A DNA stretch of 37,883 nucleotides from Squatina squatina. Lineage: Eukaryota. The notes beneath the pieces are model-generated. The model saw nothing but the letters and a program-made list of their open reading frames with translations. It had not been told where the DNA came from and searched no databases. This document shows positions 13,665 to 22,776 of the stretch, one piece after another (the stretch's first letter is position 1; every line of letters starts with the position of its first letter). The stretch lies in the NCBI GenBank assembly GCA_031763465.1, contig JARFOE010000046.1, positions 10,589,084-10,626,966 on the forward strand. The letters are read 5' to 3'. Position numbers and translations under genes: made by a program.

Positions 13665-14200
13665 AAGAGCAAGAGCGTCCCCATTAATACCCACCACCTG
13701 AATACAGTTAACACACCATCCATGTCATCTCCCATAATAACTGGTTTGTTGTCTTACGTCAGGCAATAAAATCATCAGCTGCCACAGTGCATTCTTCACA
13801 GATCTGATGTTCCACAGATATTTAGTTGAGTCTGATAATAAATCATTTTGGAAAATTCCCAGAAACAAAATTACAACTTTAGCCAAAAGATGTCATGGAG
13901 AGTTCTTTCTGATTAATAACTTGGCCCAAATCCAACACCTTGTGCAATCCAATAGAGTGCAGATGACCTTCCCAAACAAAAAAAGGAAAAGGAGGATTTA
14001 CTAGCAGGCGACGGTTAAGTTTTGTAATGTGAAAAATGAGAAAGTAGCACTGTGTACAACAATAGGGCAAGTTATCCACTTTACCTGCTCCGATAACTAA
14101 ATCCCCAACACGCCTACAGCTACCCGCACAATGTTGTTGGAAACAATGAGAAGATAGCACTTTTAGAGTAACTGCTTGAAGCACCCCCAGATCTTATTAG

Positions 14201-14592
14201 GTGTTAGCCATGTCTCAGTGGGAAGCACTCTTGCCTGACTCAGAAGGTGGTGGGTTCAAGTCCCACTCCAGAGACTTCATAATCTAGGGTAACACTTCAG
14301 TGCTGTACTGTCAAAGATGCTGTCTTTCAGATGAAATATTAAACCCTCTCAGGTGAAAGCAAAAGATCCCATGGCACCATTACAAAGACGAGAAGGGGTA
14401 TTCTCTCTGGTGTTCTCACCAAAATTTATCACTAAAACAGATTATCTGTCATTACCTTGCTGCATACAAATTGGCTGCTGTTTCCTACATTATAATGGTG
14501 ATTNNNNNNNNNNAATGTACTTAACTGGCTGTAAAGCATTTTGGGGTGTCCTGAGGTTGTGAAAGGCACTACATCATTGCAGTCTTTTTTCT
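14201..14592 (+). mobile_element. SacSINE1-like DeuSINE, head to tail with deletions
   Basis: Head GTCTCAGTGGGAAGCACTCTTGCC..GGGTTCAAGTCCCACTCCAGAGAC, core AAAAGATCCCATGGCAC..CAAATTGGCTGC, tail GTAAAGCATTTTGGGGTGTCCTGAGGTTGTGAAAGGCACTA. Confidence 0.85.
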
Positions 14593-14758
14593 TCTTGTTA
14601 TTGATGACCCAAAGATAGCAATGAAAGTACAGGTCTGCTCTGATCTTCACAATAATCAATAAATACTTTGGCTAGAAAAAACACATGGAAACTTCCACAA
14701 TGAGGGATGATTTTTTGCCTGTCTGATGAATTAATTTTGCAGCCTGGATATTAAAGCA

Positions 14759-14952
14759 GAAAGAAAGACTTGCATTTATATAGCACCTTTCACAACCACC
14801 GGATGTCCAGTACTTTACAGCCAATGAAGTAGTTTTGGAGTGTAGTCACTGTTGTAATGTGGGAAACGCGGCAGCCAATATGCGCACAGCAAGCTCCCAC
14901 AAACAGCAACGTGATAATGACCAAATAATCTGTTTTTGTTATGTTGATTGAG
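14759..14952 (-). mobile_element. SacSINE1-like DeuSINE, 3' part
   Basis: AAGAAAGACTTGCATTTATATAGCACCTTTCAC..GGCAGCCAATATGCGCACAGCAAGCTCCCACAAACAGC is nearly the same as 830-1010. Confidence 0.9.
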
Positions 14953-16189
14953 CAATACANNNNNNNNNNNNNNNNNNNNNNNNNNNNNNNNNNNNNNNNN
15001 NNNNNNNNNNNNNNNNNNNNNNNNNNNNNNNNNNNNNNNNNNNNNNNNNNNNNNNNNNNAAAACATATTATGAAAAATCTACTTGTGCAAAAGTAGATTT
15101 TATTATATGAATGGGTAAAATTTGCTAGAAGTGGGTCTGAACTGTTTGCACTTGCTTTTTAGGCTACTATATTCAAATTTTTTTAATGCATTCCAGTCCC
15201 AGTTCGGACAGGAATCTGCCAATTGCCGGTGATAATTTGTTTTGAAACATTAGGAATATTTTTCCAGTTGAAATGGAGAGGAGCGGCATCTTATTGTGAT
15301 GTGCACTTCCTGTTCTCGTTCCTTCTTTGTGCATACAATGCCAGAGCACGCAAGTACCCTAAACTCTTTAAAATCTGTTTAACAATAGTGAAATGTTTGT
15401 GCACAGGAAGAATGTAGAGTTGTGACTACATTTAGACAACATGGACATAGCTTTTATGTACATTTGATGGGCCAGCGCAACCGTCCTTATAGGAAAGTTG
15501 AATCCGAATCAAAAGTCTGCATAAGTTTAATAGATTTTGTATTCATATTGGTAATGTAATATGTGGCCAGACTCTCGCAGTGCTTATTGGGCTCAAAAAT
15601 TGTTCTTGGATCTCAAATAAGTCTTTGTGCCTCCTATGGAACCTTGCATACAGTTCAGTAAATTGTGTGGAGCTAATCTCAAGGCTACAATTGGCATAGG
15701 CTTCGCTGTTGATTGACACGTTTCCCAGTGAATTCATTAATGCCGGGTGGGCTGCTTAAATTATGTGCTAATATTCTTTGTGCGCTCATTCTCCCACGTT
15801 GCCGCACAGGAGCGGCTGTTTTGTTGGTTTGAAATGGACATTGAACCTCTGATTGCATATGGGGATCTTAACTCCAGCCAAGAGCAAAGAAAGTGAACTT
15901 CATAGATTGTGGTGGGGGTGGGGTGGGTATTCTGATCGAGACACATTATTCGAGGCTCCTTCAGTAGACGTCTCACTAATGATTCCAAGCACGCTGCTTG
16001 GTACATTTTCATTATGATGCTAACTACAATGTGGAAAGCAAGATGATGCAGTCTGCCATTTTCAGGCAGTCCGGCAAATGAAACAAAAGGCCAGTATAGT
16101 TTTTGTCTGAAGGCTGCACAGCACACTTACTGTTTCAGTTTAAGCTTTTGTAGAACTGTGTTCTTTCTCAGTTTCAGGGGACTTCGAGA

Positions 16190-16300
16190 AAGAAGAAACT
16201 TGAATTTATATAGCACTTTGCATATCTTCAGGACACTCCAAAGCCTTTCATGATCAATGAATGACTTTTGAAGCGCAGTCACTGTTGTTGCATAAGAAAA
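16190..16300 (-). mobile_element. Degraded SacSINE1/L2-type 3' tail
   Basis: ACTTGAATTTATATAGCACTTT..CAATGAATGACTTTTGAAGCGCAGTCACTGTTG aligns by eye with 14765-14860. Confidence 0.7.
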
Positions 16301-16416
16301 CTAGTTGCTAGAAAGTGGACCAAGCACTCTAGAATCTACAAGCGCTACCATTTTGATAATCTGCCCTTAGCAGAAGTATATACTCCATGATTAGCAATTA
16401 TCCTATTTCTGGTAAT

Positions 16417-16594
16417 ACAAAAGCGAAATGCTGCCGATACTGGAATCTAGAATATAAACAAAAAATGTTGGAAAAACTCAGCAGGTCAGGCAGCATCTGT
16501 GGAGAGAGAAAAAGAGTTAACATTTCGGGTCGATGGCCCTTCGTCAGAACTGAAAAAAGTCAGAAATGCAGCAGGTTTTAAAGCACTGGCAGGG
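16417..16594 (-). mobile_element. Penelope-like element terminal-repeat fragment
   Basis: The minus strand reads CTGACGAAGGGCCATCGACCCGAAATGTTAACTC..CTCCACAGATGCTGCCTGACCTGCTGAG. This is a common elasmobranch repeat (recalled) and carries the PLE-type hammerhead motif. It ends at a gap. Confidence 0.6.
16515..16551 (-). ncRNA. Minimal type I hammerhead ribozyme motif (slightly degenerate)
   Basis: The minus RNA reads AGUU-CUGACGA-A-GGGCCAUCGACCC-GAAA-UGUU-AACU. It has both core boxes, stem II GGG.C/G.CCC, stem I AGUU/AACU and a GUU cleavage triplet. Confidence 0.65.
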
Positions 16595-18989
16595 NNNNNN
16601 NNNNNNNNNNNNNNNNNNNNNNNNNNNNNNNNNNNNNNNNNNNNNNNNNNNNNNNNNNNNNNNNNNNNNNNNNNNNNNNNNNNNNNNNNNNNNNAACTAT
16701 TTCCAATTGTAAGAAGAGAAATATACGTGTGCTTTATGGAACAACTTCACCAATCCCACACTCCCAAGTGGGAATCTGTTCTCAAAGAGAGCATGGATTG
16801 AAGAATTGACCCTACAGTATTTGAACCCTCTGATCGACACTATCTTTGAGCAGGGCTCTCTACGGGAGCATAGGGTTGAAGAATGTACCCTCATTAATTT
16901 TGTGAAACTAGGTTGTGTAGGATTTTATGTAAAAAGCCTCCAACTAACGCATTTTTAGGTCAATTAAGTGAGTTTCAATTGGTGCACCAGCGAGCAACTT
17001 ACTACAATCCAGTCACCCAATTGGAGAGTGAATGGGCGCAGGTTGTTTTTTTTAGCAAGTAGTCGAGGGACCTGCTTCAAATTTAAACAGCAATGTGTAC
17101 ATTCCATTGACTGCAGTGCACGAACACACTAGTTCCTTGGTGGAAAAAGGGACTTTGTGTTGATGAGGCATTTGATTATCAACTCCTGCCTTAATCAACT
17201 TTCCGTCCCCCATGTCTGTGCCGAATTTGCACATTCAGACACTATAGCCATGGTTCAGTTCTGTTTTGAATGGCTTCATTTATCATGGATATGTTGATAA
17301 ACCCCAGTCTGGGTGCCACATAGAACCTGCATACAAATAACAAGTTTAAAATGCATCCCGCTCTGCAAAGCTATTCATTGATGGATTTTTACAGCGCACA
17401 GCAAATGATCTATTTGTTTTGTATGACTAAGCTGGCATTGATATGCACCAAGGAGCCAAAGTGGCTTCAGGAACGACAGCCCTGGAGGTTTTTTAGCAGC
17501 ACTGCATTTACAATGCAAACATTATCTTCCAGAGAGAGGGAAAATAGGCCAAATCAAGCAGACTTTTCAATGAAATCACAATGAGGGACTTGTTTCCTTT
17601 TGTCGTTCAAATTGTACTTTTCAGTCTGTGTATTTTTCCATGAACATTCTAAAGAAATATAGAAAAATAAATGCCAACCAAGTTCTACTGGTGCAGTGTC
17701 AGCTGCTAGATCTCTGAAAATAATGAGTTCCAAAATATCACATAGCAAGCCAGTTTTTGCCTTTAAAATTGTGTAATGGAAATTGTTTTTCTTCAAATAA
17801 AAAAAATGCTAAAACCTATTTTATTTTAAAAGACCATTCCTATGTAATTTTTTCCGTAATGAATGTGGTCGGTTTTATTTTTTGATCTGTGTAATAGGAT
17901 ACAGCGATAGCGTGTGAACATTTATTCAGAAAAGGAATTCTTTGTTTCTTCATTTCTCCAGATTGTTATGCGTCTGATCTGCCTCCATTCATGGATAGAG
18001 CTCCTTAATTGAACCAAAACTCCCCTCAGTGAATAGTCAGCCAGTGGATTATGAGTTCCCGATGGGCGAGTGCTAGTGAGGTGCGACTCTTGACTTGTTT
18101 CCTTTGGCTCTGCTTTAAACTCTATGAATGCTACTGTGTTCTTGCATTCAGTACCAGATGGGAGCATTTTCAGTCATCTGGGCTTAGTGACAGTTTTAAC
18201 CATGTCTTTTCAGCAGAAATGTAAATTGCCTTGAGCTAAAAAGCCGCAGGCCTTAGGTGTCCAGTGTGGTTATTCCAGATTTATACGGTCTTGAAATATT
18301 TAATAAGACCACTAGTATCTTCTCACAAAGGTAACACTGTTCACGAAGGGCTCAGAAATTCCAGGCAAGTCCACAATACGGTCAGCCTGTGAGTGCCACT
18401 TCTCTTCAGGGCTTGGTGCCTGTTTGTTTTTGAACCCCAGGAGTTACTAGGAAATTAGAAAGGCAAATTGTCTGAAGGTTGGCACAGTGTGCGTCTGTGA
18501 AAACCATTAATAAATGAGTATCACATCACATGCTCCACCTGCCGCCACCTACACACAAACTGACCACAAATGGGCATCTTAATCTCACAGTGGAGGTTTA
18601 CTGCATTATCGGGAAAAGATTTGATTCTAATGACCACAGCTGACTGTTTGAAGGCTACTGGAAGACCCAGTAAAGCCAATCAGCATTCAGGCANNNNNNN
18701 NNNNNNNNNNNNNNNNNNNNNNNNNNNNNNNNNNNNNNNNNNNNNNNNNNNNNNNNNNNNNNNNNNNNNNNNNNNNNNNNNNNNNNNNNNNNNGTCCCCT
18801 TGTGCAGTATAACTGGGGGGTACTGCTGCAAGGTTTGCAGTAAAGTACGAATTACTTGAGAATATATGTTTCTTTTCAGAAGAGTAAGAAAGCAAAGATA
18901 TCACCTCATTCTGTTAATGACATTAGTAAATAATACCATGACCCTGAAATTGTGCCATGGGATATTAGTATCCAAGTGCTAAGCACATT

Positions 18990-19716
18990 GGTCTGAAATT
19001 TCTTCCCCGAATATTTTATTGATGTCGATAACCAACTAATTTTAAATAGTGCAGGAAAATGACGTTGAAGTAGAAGATCAGCCATGATCTTGTTGAATGG
19101 CGGAGCAGGCTCGAGGGGCCAAATGGCCTACTCTTGCTCCTAGTCCTTATGTTCTTACGTTAAAATAGCAGGGAGCGGCATTTCAGTCATTTTAGGGCCT
19201 ATGGGCACACAACAGCCAAACGAGATGCTGCATTGGGCTCCCTTAGCTCGGAATGCGCCCCGCTAACAGCATNNNNNNNNNNACGCAAATCCCGCATTGC
19301 CGGTGCGACCGCGCATGCGCGAGCCGCAGCCCTGCACCCTCCCTTAAGGGCAAGGGCCAAAGGCTTGCTCGGCCAAAGTGTATGTAGGGCCCACGGGGCC
19401 CCGAGGTAAGTTTTGATTTTGTTTTCATGTGCGAGCATGTCAGCAAGGGGTGAGGGGGGTCCACAGGCTTGATCGGCTGACAAGAATGTCAGCCGATGAG
19501 AAAAGATGGCGGCCACCCACCTTTAAAGGCCCCTGGCACTGCCAGGGAAAACCAGTGGCGCCAGTTGGGAGTGGGGAGGGCGGAGATGGCTCCACCTCCA
19601 ATTCCGGAGCAGGCCATTTACGCCACCGGCACCCAAGGCCCAATTCTATCATTTTCATTTTTTAGCCTTACGCCGATACACGCCGGGATTGTGCCCCTAA
19701 TCGGCAATATCTGGCC
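18990..19716. mobile_element. CpG-rich MITE-like element with a nested CR1 tail
   Basis: Sharp GC/CpG island with imperfect ends GGTCTGAAATTT...CAATATCTGGCC and internal palindromes CCCTTAAGGG, CCTTTAAAGG and GCGCATGCGC. Confidence 0.5.
19067..19158 (+). mobile_element. 5'-truncated CR1 3' tail
   Basis: GATCAGCCATGATCTTGTTGAATGGCGGAGCAGGCTCGAGGGGCCAAATGGCCTACTC..CTTATGTTCTTA is the CR1 3' stem-loop plus terminal repeat, of the same type as 10358-10395 on the reverse strand. Confidence 0.85.
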
Positions 19717-19884
19717 GTGAGATGAGACCAATTTTGCACTCTATGTCTTCAGCCAAGTGAAAAGGATTTGTGGCCATCTTTGAGGACTGTCTTGAGAGGA
19801 AGAAAGAGAATAATGTTTCAGGGATTGCCAATCGCTATCCATCCACTGTGCTCTGGCATCAAATCTTCTGATAGGGATAATCTT

Positions 19885-19926
19885 CATAGAAATTTACAGC
19901 AGAGGAGACCGTTCAGCCCATGCCGC
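19885..19926 (-). mobile_element. CR1/HER1-type 3' tail fused to a tRNA copy
   Basis: The minus strand GCGGCATGGGCTGAACGGTCTCCTCTGCTGTAAATTTCTATG resembles the CR1 terminal hairpin (ATGGGCCGAATGGCCTCCT) plus the TTCTATG terminal motif. Confidence 0.7.
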
Positions 19927-19937
19927 AAAATGATTTC

Positions 19938-20010
19938 CCCCCCATTGGGGATTTGAACCGCAGTCGCCCACATGATAGCCGGGGGATGCTCACCACTTTA
20001 CTAATGAGGA
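19938..20010 (-). pseudogene. tRNA-Asp(GTC)-derived pseudogene / SINE head
   Basis: The minus strand reads TCCTCATTAGTAAAGTGGTGAGCATCCCCCGGCTATCATGTGGGCGACTGCGGTTCAAATCCCCAATGGGGGG. It aligns end to end with the recalled vertebrate tRNA-Asp(GTC): about 57/72 identical by hand, with about half the changes at CpGs. The anticodon has decayed to ATC and the stems are broken. Confidence 0.85.
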
Positions 20011-20499
20011 ACCAACTGAATGATTTTTGACGAAACGGCTAACTGACAGTGAAAACATGTTATGACAGTTTTGACACCAGTGCGTAGTATTGGTGTCACA
20101 CATTGAGCTGCTAACAATCAATCAATTTGGGCAGTAAGTATACAAAGAATGACTGATTCAGTTCAACCTGTATCTTCTATTGAGTTGCTGATCAGTTTAT
20201 AGAGGGTACCAACCGTTTAAAAATTTAAATAAGTGTTATGATGGAATATATTTCTAACTCTAATCTTAATGTGAATACACCAAGATGCGATACACAATGT
20301 TGTTCACTACCATTAGATATATATCTTTACAACCATTTTAAGCAATCTGCTTGCGCTGTTTGTAGTATTAAGTTTTATTCCCCCTCAGTAAAAGTATGAT
20401 AACTTTTATTGTGCCATAAAAGTCAAATCTTTCTTTACTTTATTCCAAGAGAAAATATCAAAAGGGGAAAACACTTCTCTGTCTCGCTTTTTAAAGCCC

Positions 20500-20740
20500 T
20501 TTCTCACAATGAATCACAGCCCTCACCCCTATTCCTCTATTGTGAATTAAACACCTATTCTGAGTTGCTGCTGTCTTCAATGCTCCTATAGTCTGGTGTT
20601 TATAGGTTCAACCAATAGCTAGTCACAGATTCCCACTTCCAGGCAGCCCTTCTCTCCCTTGATACCCTTAAATGTTTGAGCTGGGAGTCCTTGACGTGTG
20701 GCAGGGTCTCTATTTTTGGAATGCAAGAAACTCCAGCACG
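20500..20740 (+). promoter_or_regulatory. Candidate tenascin-C promoter
   Basis: Non-repeat cluster upstream of a perfect splice donor: TGAATCA (20510), CCAAT (20612), ACTTCC (20635), TGACGT (20692), and CTATTTTTGG (20710) overlapping GGAATG (20718). Confidence 0.35.
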
Positions 20741-20899
20741 AATACAACTGAAGAACTTTGGTACTTAAGCAGCAGCACAGAGCAAAGCCTCCTTCACTCT
20801 TCCAACCTCCTCAGAAGCAGCGAGAGCTACTGCCCAGCTGCACTGGGAAACGTCTCCACTTTCTATTGGGATGTTGTTGTTACTTCAGAACCACTGAAG
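20740..20899 (+). other. Candidate non-coding exon 1 of TNC (start approximate)
   Basis: Perfect donor AAG|GTAAGT at 20899/20900 ending a moderately GC-rich UTR-like stretch. Mammalian and chicken TNC have a non-coding exon 1 followed by a long intron. Confidence 0.4.
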
Positions 20900-21654
20900 G
20901 TAAGTGTTCTTTTATTCCATGAATTTGCAGGAAGTATTTTTGATATGCATCCTGCTGCTGATGTTCATTGACATATTTGTAGTCTTTTTCTTCACAGAAT
21001 AATCCAACCGTTGATCAGCAGCTTGCTTTACAGACTTTAAAGTTGCTAGTGATTAAAGTCAGCTGTAAACTTAAAACTTTTCACTTTACAATCCCTTTTT
21101 TGGCTTTCAAATGTTGCACAGTCTGGTGCTTGGCACATTATTATTTTCCCCAAAGAACATTATTTCCTTAAGCACTTTATCAATCTTTAACTCCAATTGC
21201 ATTTATCTCACACTCTTTTCCCAATCTTGGCAAAGCGTTAGAGAACAGGTAGTGGGGAATGCCAGCAGTCCCTCACTCCAGACAGAAGTGACGGTGCAGA
21301 CTTGATTGTATTTCCATGTGCTGCCTTTGGTTCTTTGAAAGCCACGTACAGGCTTTTTGGGTGTTTGCTCCCACTTCTAATAAAATGCAGGGACTCGTAA
21401 ATATACATCTGTGCCACAAATTGTCTGGCAGTTGGAGAAATATATGCAGGACAAAGCATAAAAGTGTGTTTGATTTATATGTAATAAAATTATATTCCAT
21501 GGAAATAGGGCTATGTTTAGAATGCTGTTATATTTTGTTCATACGTATAAATTTNNNNNNNNNNNNNNNNNNNNNNNNNNNNNNNNNNNNNNNNNNNNNN
21601 NNNNNNNNNNNNNNNNNNNNNNNNNNNNNNNNNNNNNNNNNNNNNNNNNNNNNN

Positions 21655-21975
21655 ATTTTTTTTAAAGTAGTAAAAGTGACCCAGGAAACTACAGACCAGT
21701 GAGTTTAACGTCCATTATGGGTAAAGTTATGGAAACACTTATTAAAGATTCAATCGTGGAGCATCTGGATCGAAATAAAATTACAAAAGAAAGCCAATAT
21801 GAATTCATGAAGGGGAGGTTTTGCCAATCTAGCTTACTGGTTTTCTTTGACAGTGAAACAAAGGAGCTTTTGAAGGAGTAAGGCAGAGGATGTGGTAAAT
21901 CTGCAAGGCCTTTCATATAGTTCCTTTGGAATGGCTGGTACTGAAATAAAGGCAGCGGAATTAGTTGAAATAATT
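21655..21975 (+). mobile_element. CR1 LINE reverse transcriptase fragment (decayed)
   Basis: PGNYRPVSLTSIMGKVMETLIKDSIVEHL..SQYEFMKGRFCQSSLLVFFD matches the RT domain 1-2 motifs NYRPVSLTS and QHGF.KGRSC. Confidence 0.9.
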
Positions 21976-22557
21976 AACAATGGTATCATGATATATAAGA
22001 CATGCCCTACTGTTCAAGAGCAAACAAAAAAATACTGGCTGGTTTGTAAGTAGAAAGTAGATTTCCTTTTGCCAGATTTTGCATAATGTGAAAAAAATAC
22101 ATTTTCATTTCCTCAACATCCTTTCACAAGTGCCCTTTGTGAAAGACCTTTTGGGTTCTCCAGTTCATAGAATGAATGTCTTTGACATGCTGTGTAGACA
22201 CTGAAGGAAGGACTGTTTATGTTATTAACACAAAACGACCATTAGACTTCAAAAGTGAAGGATGTTCCAGGAAGAATTAGTAATGTTTTGTACAATTTCT
22301 TTTTTGACTTGCATGGAATGCGCCTATGGTCATTTCACAATTTGGCACCACAGTTATCCAAAAGAAACCAAAGATCCTCTTTGTACAGACTTTGTCATAT
22401 TTTTGGAATTTAGTTCCAAATTAGTTGTATTTGCATTTTTTTTTGCTTTATGTCAACAATTTTTGTTTTCAGCTGTGTTGTTTAGTGAATTAGTTTTAGT
22501 ATTTATTGCCATGAATGTCTTAGCTGGTAACACAGAGGACAAATACAATTATTCTTA

Positions 22558-22776
22558 TTGAATCATTTGAAGAAGTAACAAAGATTAGACAGGGGTAATG
22601 ACATCCTTGGACTTTTTTTTTTAAACCTTTGATAAGGTGCCGCATAGTAGACTCATGATTAAGGTCACAGCACATGGAATCAGGGGACAAGTAGCAGAAT
22701 TGATAGCAAACTGGCTACAAGATACAGAGAGTAGGGGTTAAAGCCAGTCACTCAGACTGGCGGAAGGTGGTAATTG
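22558..22776 (+). mobile_element. CR1 LINE reverse transcriptase fragment (decayed)
   Basis: Frameshifted translation FEEVT..LDF..FDKVPHSRLMIKVTAHGIRGQVAELIANWL matches the CR1 RT motif DF.KAFDKVPH.RL. Confidence 0.85.

Noticed and set aside
19938-20010. Functional tRNA with ATC anticodon
   Set aside because: Acceptor, anticodon and T stems carry mismatches from CpG decay, so this is a decayed tRNA-Asp copy.
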